Assembly (NCBI GenBank): GCA_963749705.1
Contig: CAVVNQ010000003.1
Coordinates: 288,001 to 352,000, forward strand
Reading direction: 5' to 3'
DNA from: an uncultured Chloroflexia bacterium
GTDB taxonomy: Bacteria; Chloroflexota; Limnocylindria; Limnocylindrales; CSP1-4
DNA: 64,000 nt
Part shown: piece by piece, positions 30,281 to 40,122 of the stretch
How positions within the stretch are numbered: the first letter of the stretch is position 1
Layout of the letters: each line of letters begins with the position of its first letter
The notes under the pieces: model-generated
Database searches by the model: none
What the model was told of the DNA's origin: nothing
Seen by the model: only the letters and a program-made list of their open reading frames with translations
Program-made: the position numbers and the translations under genes

Positions 30281-31348
30281 TCAGTCCTCGATGGTGCCGA
30301 TCGCGCGCTCGCCCTGCGGGAAGCGCGCCACGAAGCGGCGCGACAGCGACTGGAGCAGCACGAACACGATGATGTACGTGATGGTCTTGTCGATCGGGTC
30401 CGAGATCAGGCCCTGCTGGAGCACCAATTCGGTGAGCGACGAGCCGGCCTGCTGGAACGCGGCCACCAGCACGTCCGTGCCGCCGCCGGTCACCCCGCCG
30501 AAGCCGTAGGCGGAGATCGGCGCCGACAGGATCGCGGAGATGACCCCGCAGATGGCGCCGCCGACCACGATGTACGCCACCCCCAGGTTGCGGCGCAGGA
30601 ACAGCTGGAGCAGGAGCGCGATGATCGCCACCACCAGGATCGCCGCGATCAGCCACGCGACCACGATGAAGATCGGGTCCACGTTGCTCAGGTCGCCGAA
30701 GAACGTCACGCCATTGGTGTAGGCGGGCAGGATGCCCCAGATCGCGAGCGCGGCGAGCACCCCGATCGCGACCACGGCGCCGATCACGAGCTCGCGCGTG
30801 GGCGTGTTGGGACGGCTTCGGAAGAACCCGAGGTAGCCGAACACGCCGGCCAGCAGGCCGATCTCGGCCGCGACGATGGCGTACGGCCACGCGTACGGGC
30901 TGCCAAACGGCGTCCCGGCGAGCACGAACGTCCAGATCAGGTTGGCGAACAGCCCGGTCAGCAGCCCCGGGATCGGGCCCGCGAGCGCGCCGACCAGGAT
31001 GGTGCCGATCGAATCGAGGTAGATCGGCACCTTGAGCGCCTGCCCGACCGTCTGGCCGAGCACGATGTTGATCGCGATCGCGATCGGGATCAACACGATG
31101 GTGCGCGTGTCGAACTGGCGCGCGATCGACTCGATGCCGCCGGTCTGCGCATATTCAGCGACGGCGTAGACGACGAGCCCGATGAGCAGGGCGATGGCGA
31201 TCACGAGGGCGATCGTGTTGGCGCCCGCGACCAGGCCCGTGTCGGGGTCCGCGGTGACGTCGAGGTTGCCGGTGATGCTGACGCCGATCACGACCGCCAC
31301 GATCGCGGCGATGACCCCCGCGAGCACCCGGATCCAGAACTTGGACAT
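30281..31348 (-). CDS. Enlarged ECF S component (substrate possibly a nucleoside)
   Basis: IAINIVLGQ..LKVPIYLDSIGTILVGALAGP and DPIDK motifs; extra TM segments; in operon with ecfTAA'. Confidence 0.8.
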   Translation of the reverse strand: MSKFWIRVLAGVIAAIVAVVIGVSITGNLDVTADPDTGLVAGANTIALVIAIALLIGLVVYAVAEYAQTGGIESIARQFDTRTIVLIPIAIAINIVLGQTVGQALKVPIYLDSIGTILVGALAGPIPGLLTGLFANLIWTFVLAGTPFGSPYAWPYAIVAAEIGLLAGVFGYLGFFRSRPNTPTRELVIGAVVAIGVLAALAIWGILPAYTNGVTFFGDLSNVDPIFIVVAWLIAAILVVAIIALLLQLFLRRNLGVAYIVVGGAICGVISAILSAPISAYGFGGVTGGGTDVLVAAFQQAGSSLTELVLQQGLISDPIDKTITYIIVFVLLQSLSRRFVARFPQGERAIGTIED

Positions 31349-31388
31349 GCCTGCCTCCATCCTCCGCCCGGGCGAGCTCCGGACCCGT

Positions 31389-32462
31389 CTAGCGTGCCAC
31401 GTCCGCGCGCCCTTGGGCCAGCATTCCGACACGTTCCACCCACCGGCGCAGGAACTCGGCCGCGTCGACCTCGACGGCAACGTCCGCGTTTGCGGTCCGC
31501 TGCCACAGGCCCCGCCAGTCGGCGACCGTCAGGCCGTCGGCAACGCCGCCCGACGCATCGACGTCCACCGCCACCGCCCTCGTGCTCGTGAGGCGTTCGT
31601 CGAGCGCGGTCGCCACGACCAGCGCGTCGTGGACGAAGGCGCCGTAGAAGCCGTCGTACTTCGCGTGGAACTCCATGTAGAAGCGGAGCGCGTCGGCGAC
31701 GTACCGGACGACCCGGTTGCTGGCCACGGACCGCCGCTCCGGCTCGCCGGGCTCGCGGCCCGGATCGAGCGTGTCGTCCGGGGTGCTGCCGGCGCGGCGC
31801 GCAAGCTCGACCACGTGATCCGGCGTCATCCGGGCGGTCTCCGTCACGTCGAGGCCCATCGCAAGCACCCGTGGGATCGCCGGATCGTCGTCGATCGCCG
31901 ACTGCCAGGCCGCGAACGCGATCCGTGCCGCCTCCGGGTCGCAGTGGATGTTCCACTCGGTCGTGGGCGTGGTGTTGCCCGGCACGCGGTAGCTCCCGCC
32001 CATCAGCACCCAGCGCCGCAGGAGCTGCGGGAGGCGTGGCTCGGCGAGCACGGCGATCGCGAGGTTGGTCAGGGGCCCGAGCGTGACCAGGGTGACCTGC
32101 CCGGGCCGCCGGCGCGCCTCGGCGACGATCAGATCCGGCGCGTACCGGTCCGACAGAGCCGCGGCGGGCTCGGGCAGCTGCGCGTAGCCGATGCCGTGCG
32201 GGCCATGCGTGTCGGGAGCGATGTCCAGCGGCCGCAGCAGTGGCTGCTCGCGACCCAGCGCCACCTCGACGTCGCCGCGGCCGGCGAGCGCCAGCACCTG
32301 GCGCGTGTTGCGCTCGACATCGCGCGCGGCGACGTTGCCCGACACGCAGGTCACCGCCACCAGCTCGGCGTCCCGGCTGGCGCAGGCGTACAGGATCGCG
32401 AGCGAGTCGTCGATCCCGGTGTCGACGTCTAGGATCAGGGGTGTCCGGTCGCTGCTGGCCAC
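31389..32462 (-). CDS. Inosine/uridine-preferring nucleoside hydrolase
   Basis: DVDTGIDD, VSGN, HGPHG, LGPLTN, EWNIHCDPEAA, GLDVT, HD. Confidence 0.93.
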   Translation of the reverse strand: MASSDRTPLILDVDTGIDDSLAILYACASRDAELVAVTCVSGNVAARDVERNTRQVLALAGRGDVEVALGREQPLLRPLDIAPDTHGPHGIGYAQLPEPAAALSDRYAPDLIVAEARRRPGQVTLVTLGPLTNLAIAVLAEPRLPQLLRRWVLMGGSYRVPGNTTPTTEWNIHCDPEAARIAFAAWQSAIDDDPAIPRVLAMGLDVTETARMTPDHVVELARRAGSTPDDTLDPGREPGEPERRSVASNRVVRYVADALRFYMEFHAKYDGFYGAFVHDALVVATALDERLTSTRAVAVDVDASGGVADGLTVADWRGLWQRTANADVAVEVDAAEFLRRWVERVGMLAQGRADVAR

Positions 32463-32549
32463 GGAGCGATGCTACTCGCCGCACGCCTGGAGGGTCGCCC
32501 GCGCCGCGCCGGGTTGACGCGGCCCACGTACTGGACTAGGGTCCGGTTC

Positions 32550-33149
32550 ATGACGCAGGAGGCAGCCCGCCCGCAACGCCGGCCGGAGCGCGCCGACGCC
32601 TCACGCAACCGCACGATGCTGCTCGTGGCCGCCGCTCGGCTGTTCGCGCTCCACGGGGTGGCGGCGGTGTCCATGGACGACGTCGCGGCGGCCGCGGGCG
32701 TGGGCAAGGGGACCCTGTACCGCCGGTTCGGCGACAAGTCGGGACTGGCCATGGCGGTCCTCGATGCCCGGGACCGGGCGCTCCGTGAGGCGATCGTCGC
32801 GGGACCCCCGCCGCTCGGTCCGGGCGCCGGCCCGAAGACGCGTCTCCGCGCGTTCATCGGCGCGTATGCCGAGTACCTCGAGCGCAACCTGAACCTGCTC
32901 ACGCTCGCGGAGACCGCGTCTCCCGGCGCCCGCTACCGGAGCGAGGCGTACGCGACGTGGGGCCGCCACGTGCAGGCACTGCTCGAGGCCGAGGGCACGC
33001 CCGAGCCCGATGTCACGGCGGAGCTCGTGCTGGCACTGCTGGACGCGGACCTCTACGCGTATCTGCGGATCGCGCGCGGCTGGCCGCCCGCGAAGATCGC
33101 GGACTCGATGGTCGGCGCCGCCGACGCGATGGCCCGCCGCCGCCGCTGA
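32550..33149 (+). CDS. TetR/AcrR family regulator
   Basis: SMDDVAAAAGVGKGTLYRRFGDK. Confidence 0.92.
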   Translation: MTQEAARPQRRPERADASRNRTMLLVAAARLFALHGVAAVSMDDVAAAAGVGKGTLYRRFGDKSGLAMAVLDARDRALREAIVAGPPPLGPGAGPKTRLRAFIGAYAEYLERNLNLLTLAETASPGARYRSEAYATWGRHVQALLEAEGTPEPDVTAELVLALLDADLYAYLRIARGWPPAKIADSMVGAADAMARRRR

Positions 33150-33154
33150 ACTGG

Positions 33155-34003
33155 TCAGGGCGCCCTGGGGCTCACGAACCGGCAACGGTCGCGGACGGGG
33201 CACAGGTCGTGCTTCGGGTTCTGCGCGTGGCAGATCACGCGGCCGTGGTGGATCAGCAGCACGTGTGCCGGGTACATCTGGTCCGGCACCAGCAGGCCCA
33301 GGAACAGGTCGTGGGCCTGGTCGGCGGTCGCCTTGGCCGGGATCAGCCCGATCCGCTTCGACACCCGCTCCACGTGGCGGTCCACAGCCATCACGGGGGC
33401 GCCGAAGCAGAACGCGAGCACGATCGAGGCCGTCTTCTTGCCGATGCCATCGATCGCGGTGAGCCAGTCGCGCGCCTCGAGGACCGGCATCTCGCCCAGG
33501 AAGTCCAGCCGGTAGTCGCCGCGCTGCTCGCGGATGTGGCGCAGCGTGGCCTGGATCCGGGGCGCCTTCTGCGGCGCGAGGCCGCCGGGCCGGATGACGT
33601 CCACCAGCTCCGGCTGCGGTGCGTGCTCGACCAGCGACCAGTCGGGCGGGGCCGCCGTCGACAGGCCGTCGCCGCCCCAGCCGATCCCGGGACGGTGCTC
33701 CTCCGCGGGCCGATCGCTGGGGTAGCGCGCCCGGAGCGCCTCGAACGCCTTCTCCGCGTTCACGTCGGCGGTGTTCTGGGTCAGGATCGTGAGGATCAGC
33801 TCGCTCGTGGGGTCCAGCCGTGACACCCATTCCTGCGGGCCGTAGGTCTCAGTCAGGCGGTCGATCACGTAGTCGGCCAGCCCCGGTCGGTACCGGCGGA
33901 GATACGACGCCCACGCCTTGACCGGGTCCGTGCGCTTCCTCGGTCGCCGCCCCGTCGCGGTCGCACGACGCCCGGTCGCCGCGGCGGTGCTGCGCGGGCT
34001 CAC
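33155..34003 (-). CDS. nth: Endonuclease III / HhH-GPD DNA glycosylase
   Basis: LILTILTQNT, HhH LTAIDGIGKKTA, VDRHVER, C-terminal Fe-S loop; GTGA overlap with glycerate kinase. Confidence 0.85.
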   Translation of the reverse strand: MSPRSTAAATGRRATATGRRPRKRTDPVKAWASYLRRYRPGLADYVIDRLTETYGPQEWVSRLDPTSELILTILTQNTADVNAEKAFEALRARYPSDRPAEEHRPGIGWGGDGLSTAAPPDWSLVEHAPQPELVDVIRPGGLAPQKAPRIQATLRHIREQRGDYRLDFLGEMPVLEARDWLTAIDGIGKKTASIVLAFCFGAPVMAVDRHVERVSKRIGLIPAKATADQAHDLFLGLLVPDQMYPAHVLLIHHGRVICHAQNPKHDLCPVRDRCRFVSPRAP

Positions 34004-35163
34004 CGGACCCCGCCCGACGCATCGTGTTTGCGAAGGGCGACCATCCCGAGTGACACCAGCCTGGCGATCCGCTCGCCGCAGCGCTCGACCGGCGCCGATC
34101 CGGCGGCCATGGCCGTCTCGACGCTCTGCGGCGCCTCGACGACCGGGACGACGACCGCGCCCACGCTCGCCAGCGCCGCGATGCCGCCCGGGGTGACGCC
34201 GCCCCCGATGACGACGCACGGCGTGCCCGCCGCACGGGCGCGGCGCGACACGCCGAACGCGGTCTTGCCGTATGCGGTCTGCTCGTCGACGCGGCCCTCG
34301 CCGGTGATCACCAGATCGGCCGCCGCGAGCGCGTCGTCGAACCCGGCCTCCTCCATCACCAGGTCGACGCCCGGTTGGAGCTCGAGCGACGCAAACCGGT
34401 CCGTGAGGCACAGCAGCCCGAACCCCACGCCGCCCGCCGCGCCGGCGCCCGGCGTCTCGCGCTCGCGGCGGCCGGTCGCCGCCTCGAGCGCGTCGGCGAA
34501 CCGGGCGAGCCGCGCGTCGAGGACCCGGACCAGGTCGGGATCGGCGCCCTTCTGCGGCCCGTACGTCGCGGCGGCGCCAAGCGGCCCGAGCAGCGGGTTG
34601 GTGACGTCGCACGCGATCCGCAGGCGGGTCTCCGCGAGCCGCGGATCGAGTCCGGCAAGGTCGACGGTCGCCAGGTCATCGTCCACGCGGGCGCCCAGGG
34701 CACGCAGGATCCCCGCGCCGCCATCGCTGGTCGCGCTGCCGCCGATCCCCAGCGCGATGTCGCGGATCCCCGCGTCGAGCACGGCGCGGAGCAGGTCGCC
34801 GGTCCCCTGGCTCGTGGCGCGCGCCGCATCGCGTGCCTCCGGGGCGACCAGGGACAGGCCGGAGGCCGCGGCCATCTCGACGAACGCGACCGTGTCGCCG
34901 TCGCGGACGAGCCATCGGGCGCGGATCGGCCGGCCCAGCGGATCGATCGCGGCCGCCTCGCGCCACGCCCATCCCCCGGACGCGTCGATCGCGACCAGCG
35001 TGCCCTCGCCGCCATCCGCGAGCGGTGCCAGCCGGACGCCGTCATCCGGTCGAGCGCGCCGCCAGCCGCCGGCGACCGCGCTCGCGACCTCGACGCTCGT
35101 CAACGAGCCCTTGAACGAGTCGGGCGCGACGAGGATGTGGAGCGACCGGTCCGGTGACGTCAC
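34000..35163 (-). CDS. Glycerate kinase (GlxK/GarK family)
   Basis: APDSFKGSL, ADGGEGT, GIGGSAT.DGG, YGPQKG, GAAGG, TGEGR.D.QT..GK. Confidence 0.93.
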   Translation of the reverse strand: MTSPDRSLHILVAPDSFKGSLTSVEVASAVAGGWRRARPDDGVRLAPLADGGEGTLVAIDASGGWAWREAAAIDPLGRPIRARWLVRDGDTVAFVEMAAASGLSLVAPEARDAARATSQGTGDLLRAVLDAGIRDIALGIGGSATSDGGAGILRALGARVDDDLATVDLAGLDPRLAETRLRIACDVTNPLLGPLGAAATYGPQKGADPDLVRVLDARLARFADALEAATGRRERETPGAGAAGGVGFGLLCLTDRFASLELQPGVDLVMEEAGFDDALAAADLVITGEGRVDEQTAYGKTAFGVSRRARAAGTPCVVIGGGVTPGGIAALASVGAVVVPVVEAPQSVETAMAAGSAPVERCGERIARLVSLGMVALRKHDASGGVR

Positions 35164-35196
35164 CGGCCATCCGTGCGCGAACGCGGCGCGTCCATG

Positions 35197-37113
35197 TCAG
35201 GACCCGTTCTCACCGGCTGTCGGGTGCCGCTTGTCGAGGTACTCGGGGATCCGGATCATCGGCGGCCGCTCGTGATCGGCGAGCTCGATGACCTCCAGCG
35301 ACAGCCGTCCGCGGCCGGACCGCGGCAGCTTCATCGTCGAGCCGAGCTCCGCGAACAGCCGGGCGCGCCGCCGCTCCTCGAGCCGCTTCATGACGGCCTG
35401 GAGGATGACGAACGACATCCGCGACAGGCCCTCCAGCTCCTGGTTCCGGTGCACCCGGCGCTCGAGGTCGACCTGCCCCAGGCTCTCGATGCCGGCTCGC
35501 TCGGCGGCGTCGATCAGGTGGCCGATCTCGACCGCGTAGCCCGTGAAGAACGGCAGCTGCTCGAGCAGCGAGCGCCGGCCGGCGTACTCGCCGCTGAGGG
35601 GCTGGATCATGCCCGACAGCTCGGGGAAGAACAGGTTGATCAACGGCCGCGCGACGAGCTCGGTGACCCGGCCGCCGCCCCCTTCCTTGAGCACGCCACC
35701 CTCGACGATCGGGCGCTGGTAGTAGCCCTTCACGTACTGGAGGCGGGGCTCGACGAGCAGCGGTCCGAGGGTGCCGTAGACCATCCGGTGATGCCAGTTC
35801 CGGACGTCGGTGTCCGCCCACACGATGATGTCGCCCGAGGTCTCGTACAGCGACTTCCACAGCGCCTCGCCCTTGCCCCGGTACGAGCCGTACCGGCTCA
35901 GCACGTCGGGGTGCTGGACGACGCGCGCACCTTCGGCCTCCGCGATCGCGCGGGTGTCGTCGGTGGACGCGGAGTCGATGACGAGCAGCTCGTCCACGAG
36001 CCTGAACCGCTCGTGCATCTCGCGGATGGCGCGGCGCACGATCGGCCCGATCGTGTCGGCCTCGTTGAGCGTCGGCAGCACGAGGCTGACGGTCACGCCG
36101 AGCTTGTCCTTGAGCGCGGTCATGCGTGCCAGGTCGGCGAACTCCGAGTGGTGGAAGTTCGCCTCGGCGAACCACCGCTCGACCCGGGCCGGGATGGCCT
36201 GCGACTCCTCGGCCGCGCGATCCGCGGCGGCCAGCGTCTCCGCGCGCTGGGCAAGCTGCTCGAACGTCTGGCGGCCGATCGGCTCGCGGGTCTTGACGAC
36301 GATCACGGTCGGCTTGGCACGCTGGGCGATCGCCTCCGGCAGCGCGCCGAACAGCGAGCTCCCCGCGTCGCCGGGCGGCGCCGAGGCGCCCATCACCACG
36401 AGATCGGCACGCTCGGCCTCGCGAAGGATCGCGGTCCGGACGTTCTGCGTCTCGCGCAGGATCGGCTCCGAGCGGGCCGTCAGGTGCTGGCGCACGAACG
36501 ACGCAAGCGCATGCTCCGCCTGGGCGCGGACCGCCTCGGTGACGCCCGCGGGCACGACATGCATCACCACGACGGTGGCGTCCAGCCGATGGGCGAGGGC
36601 GTTGGCAAACCGCAGCGCGAGCTCCGCGTGCGGACCGCCGCGAACGGGGACCAGGATCCGCTGGATGTCGCGCGCGCCGCGCTGCTTGACGACGGCGATG
36701 TCGCACGGCGATTCGCGCACGACCTCGTCGATCGTGGGCGAGATGACGGACGCCCCCGGATCGCGCCGCGGCCCGGACTTGCCGCCCCAGCCGAAGATCA
36801 GCAGGTCCGCCTCCTGCTCGGCGGCCGCTTCGACGATCCCGGCCGCCGCGTGCCGGCCGATCCGGACCAGGGGGTGGATCGTGGTGCCCTCGGGGACGTA
36901 GTCGAGCACCTTCTGGAGCAGCCGCCGCGCCTGGCGGGCCCGGGTCGCGCCCTCGCTCAGCGGCATGCCCTCGGGCACCTCGACGATCCCCAGCGCGGCC
37001 AGCTCGCCGGTTCGCGGATCCAGCAGGGTGGCCCCGATCCGGATCAGCTCCTCCGCGGTCAGCGGGTTCGCGACCGGGATCAGGATGCGTGACGGCAGCG
37101 GCTCGCCGCTCAT
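35197..37113 (-). CDS. gpgS: Tandem USP domains fused to glucosyl-3-phosphoglycerate synthase
   Basis: RILIPVANP..PCDIAVVK, RILVPVRGGPHA; then LPTLNEA.TIG, IDS.S.D, GKGEALWKS, DTD, GGGRVTELVARP, QPLSGEYA. Confidence 0.88.
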   Translation of the reverse strand: MSGEPLPSRILIPVANPLTAEELIRIGATLLDPRTGELAALGIVEVPEGMPLSEGATRARQARRLLQKVLDYVPEGTTIHPLVRIGRHAAAGIVEAAAEQEADLLIFGWGGKSGPRRDPGASVISPTIDEVVRESPCDIAVVKQRGARDIQRILVPVRGGPHAELALRFANALAHRLDATVVVMHVVPAGVTEAVRAQAEHALASFVRQHLTARSEPILRETQNVRTAILREAERADLVVMGASAPPGDAGSSLFGALPEAIAQRAKPTVIVVKTREPIGRQTFEQLAQRAETLAAADRAAEESQAIPARVERWFAEANFHHSEFADLARMTALKDKLGVTVSLVLPTLNEADTIGPIVRRAIREMHERFRLVDELLVIDSASTDDTRAIAEAEGARVVQHPDVLSRYGSYRGKGEALWKSLYETSGDIIVWADTDVRNWHHRMVYGTLGPLLVEPRLQYVKGYYQRPIVEGGVLKEGGGGRVTELVARPLINLFFPELSGMIQPLSGEYAGRRSLLEQLPFFTGYAVEIGHLIDAAERAGIESLGQVDLERRVHRNQELEGLSRMSFVILQAVMKRLEERRRARLFAELGSTMKLPRSGRGRLSLEVIELADHERPPMIRIPEYLDKRHPTAGENGS

Positions 37114-38564
37114 CGCGCGGTGCTCGCGGGTGAGTCGGCGCCGGGATCCGGCTCCCGTCCCGCAGTCCCGCCGGACTCGCCGGCATCGGGCTCGTCCGAC
37201 ACGGCCAGCCAGCGCTCGACGAGGTACGGCTTGAGCAGCTCGAACTCGCGCGCCTGCCGCTCGACGCCCTCCTCGGCGTCGGCCGTCGTGAGGTGGCGGT
37301 TCTCGATGATGAAGCTGCCGACGCGCCCGAAGTAGATCGGGACGAGCGCCGCGACCAGCCGGGCGGTGCCCACGGAGCCCTGGCGGGTCGCGATCACGAG
37401 GTCGTAGATCACCCGGGCCCACAGGTCGTCCGGGAAATGGAAGCCCGCCAGCGCCTCGGCCATCTCGAGCGTGGTCGGGTGGGCGCTGTCGGTCTCGCCG
37501 CCGACGCCAAGCCGCAGCTGCGCCGCGTCCGCGAGGCGTCCGGCCTCCGCGGCCAGCGTGAGCACCATGTCCAGGTTGGCCGGGTCGAGCATCGTCCGCC
37601 AGGTGTCGACCATGCCGAGCGACCCCGCGTGGAACTCGGACAGCAGCCGGATCGAGTTCACCTCGAGCGGCGGCGGGTCGATGATCCGCTCGAAGCCATA
37701 TGCCGGAACGTCATGGCTGCCGCGGATCCCGAGCCACGAACCCGGATGCTGGACCGCCAGGCTCAGGATCGTGCCCACGACCTGCCGGAACATCGGGCCG
37801 AGGTCGGCGCCCGGATCCTTGGGATCGTGGATCTTGGCACCCAGCCGCGTCTGGCATACCGCGTACCCGCCCGACACGGCCGACGTGGTCATCCAGATGT
37901 CGATGCCGAACTTGCTGATGTCCTCGGTCCAGTCGTCGAGCTCGAGGTAGTGGCGGACGAGGTCGCCGCTGACCCCGAAGTCGCCACCGATCGGCTGGCG
38001 GATCCGGTGGCCGTAGAGCGCCCGCGTCAGGGGATAGGTGACGGTGTTGGTGATCGTCCCGTCGTACTTGTAGCGCGAGTACAGCGGGGCGACGAAGTCG
38101 TAGCCGCCCTTGAGGATCGGACCCGCCAGCAGCTCGATCCACTCGGGGACGATGCTGCGCAGGTCGCTGTCGACGACGACCAGGGCCTGGACCTCGAGCG
38201 CCGCCGCGATCTCGAAGATCGTGCGCAGCGCCGCGCCCTTGCCGCCGATGCCGTCGATCTCCGGGTAGGTCAGCGTCACCCGGTCGAGGCGGTTGGTCGG
38301 CCGCACCAGGAGGATCGATTCCACGTAGTCCGGCGGCTCGGTGTCCACGACGACGCGCTGGGTGCCGTCCGGGCTGCCGGCATCCGAGTTCACGAGCACC
38401 GGCTTGAGGTCGGGGAAGTACTGGACCAGCCCGGCGTGGGCCGCCCGCACGACATAGCCGATCGTCGCGGCGTTCTTGAAGCTCGGGATGCCGACCATGA
38501 TGTCGGCGCGGCCGAGCCGGGCGATCTCTTCGCGGATCGCGGGCGTCAGGGTCGTCGCGGGCAC
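37110..38564 (-). CDS. GT-A glycosyltransferase, glucosylglycerate/mannosylglycerate synthase-like
   Basis: VGIPSFKNAATIG, DAGSPDGT, GKGAAL, DSDLRSI, YDGTITN, RQPIGGDF, FGIDIWMT. Confidence 0.8.
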   Translation of the reverse strand: MPATTLTPAIREEIARLGRADIMVGIPSFKNAATIGYVVRAAHAGLVQYFPDLKPVLVNSDAGSPDGTQRVVVDTEPPDYVESILLVRPTNRLDRVTLTYPEIDGIGGKGAALRTIFEIAAALEVQALVVVDSDLRSIVPEWIELLAGPILKGGYDFVAPLYSRYKYDGTITNTVTYPLTRALYGHRIRQPIGGDFGVSGDLVRHYLELDDWTEDISKFGIDIWMTTSAVSGGYAVCQTRLGAKIHDPKDPGADLGPMFRQVVGTILSLAVQHPGSWLGIRGSHDVPAYGFERIIDPPPLEVNSIRLLSEFHAGSLGMVDTWRTMLDPANLDMVLTLAAEAGRLADAAQLRLGVGGETDSAHPTTLEMAEALAGFHFPDDLWARVIYDLVIATRQGSVGTARLVAALVPIYFGRVGSFIIENRHLTTADAEEGVERQAREFELLKPYLVERWLAVSDEPDAGESGGTAGREPDPGADSPASTAR

Positions 38565-38684
38565 GGGCTCACCCTACCACCGGGCGGAACCGGCCGGCAC
38601 GAACGAACGCGATCCGGGGCATGGCCACGGACTATGATCCTGCCCACCCTGCGACCGTCACCCGAGCCAACCCTCGAGGCGCCC

Positions 38685-40094
38685 ATGTCGGCCCCATCCG
38701 TCCCCGCGGCCGTGCCCACGGCTGCCAGCGCGCGTGACCCGAACCTGCGTCCCGCCGCGCAGGCGTCGTGGGTGCTGTACGACTTCGCGAACACCATCTT
38801 CTCGTTCGCGATCGTGTCCGGCGCGATCGGCCTGTGGCTGACCGACGACGCCCGCTTCGGCGCGGCGACGGGCCAGCTCGTCCTGAGCGTTGCGATCGCG
38901 GTCAGCGTCGGGTTCAACGCGATCGTGTCGCCGGTCCTGGGCGCGCTGTCCGACCGGGGTGGCCGCCGGCTGCCGTTCCTGCTCGCGTTCACTGCCATGT
39001 GCATCGGGCCGACGGCGATCATCGGGCTGAGCGGCCCGCTGGTGGGCGTGCTGCTGTTCGTGCTGGCCAACTTCGGCTACCAGGCCGCGCTCATCTACTA
39101 CGACGCGTCGATCAAGCTGGTGAGCACGCCCCGGACGCGCGGGCGGCTGAGCGGCATCGGCACCGGCGTCGGGTACTGCGGCACGGTCTTCGTCGGTCTC
39201 GCGATCTTCCTGTTCGACGTGCCGGTCGAGGCCCGCTTCCCGCTCTCGGCGGTGCTGTTCGCCCTGTTCGCGATCCCGGTGTTCGTGGTCGTCCGCGAGC
39301 ACCGCGACCCGTCGGTCCCGCGGCTGACGGTCGCCGACGTGCTCGCCTCGTGGCGCCAGCTCGAGACGACGATCGCCCACGCCCGGGACGTGCCGGGGCT
39401 GCCGCGGTTCCTGGTCGGGCGGTTCTTCTACTCGGATGCCGTCAACACCGTGATCGTGGTCATGACCGTCGTGTCGGTCGAGGCCGTCGGTCTGACGGCC
39501 GGGCAGGCGAACCTGATCCTGCTGTCGCTGACGCTGGTCGCGATCGTGATGTCGTTCGTGTGGGGGTGGCTGAGCGACCGAGCCGGTCCCAGGAAGACGC
39601 TGATCACCGTGCTCCTGAGCTGGGCCGTGGGTCTCGTGCTGGGGGCAGTGTCACTGTCGCTCAATGGCACGGATCCGCTCACCGGGGGACCCACCCCGTC
39701 GACGGCCGGTCTCGCGCTGTTCCTGGTCGCGGGGGCGATCCTCGGCTCCGGGCTGGGCGGCGTGCAGGTCGCGGACCGGGTGTTCATGGTCCGGCTGTCG
39801 CCCCCCAACCGGGTGGGCGAGTTCTTCGGCGTCTACGGGCTGGTCGGCAAGGCCTCGCAGGTCATCGGGCAGCTCCTGTACGGCGCGATCGTGTTCCTGC
39901 TGCTCGAGTCGATCGGGGTTGCCGCCTACCAGGTCGCGATCCTGAGCCTGATCGTGACCATGCTCATCGGCCTGTGGCTGGTGTGGCCCGTGAGCGACCG
40001 GTGGATCGGCTCGGGCGAGGTCTCGTCCGACGGCGCCGATGCGCCACCGCCGCGCCTCGCGCCGGACCGCGCGCCGCTCGAGGACCGCCGCTGA
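38685..40094 (+). CDS. MFS transporter (UMF1/Atg22-like)
   Basis: SWVLYDFAN, PVLGALSDR, about 12 TM, GEFFGVY. Confidence 0.88.
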   Translation: MSAPSVPAAVPTAASARDPNLRPAAQASWVLYDFANTIFSFAIVSGAIGLWLTDDARFGAATGQLVLSVAIAVSVGFNAIVSPVLGALSDRGGRRLPFLLAFTAMCIGPTAIIGLSGPLVGVLLFVLANFGYQAALIYYDASIKLVSTPRTRGRLSGIGTGVGYCGTVFVGLAIFLFDVPVEARFPLSAVLFALFAIPVFVVVREHRDPSVPRLTVADVLASWRQLETTIAHARDVPGLPRFLVGRFFYSDAVNTVIVVMTVVSVEAVGLTAGQANLILLSLTLVAIVMSFVWGWLSDRAGPRKTLITVLLSWAVGLVLGAVSLSLNGTDPLTGGPTPSTAGLALFLVAGAILGSGLGGVQVADRVFMVRLSPPNRVGEFFGVYGLVGKASQVIGQLLYGAIVFLLLESIGVAAYQVAILSLIVTMLIGLWLVWPVSDRWIGSGEVSSDGADAPPPRLAPDRAPLEDRR

Positions 40095-40122
40095 CGATCG
40101 GCGCGGCGAATCCGGGCGGGGA

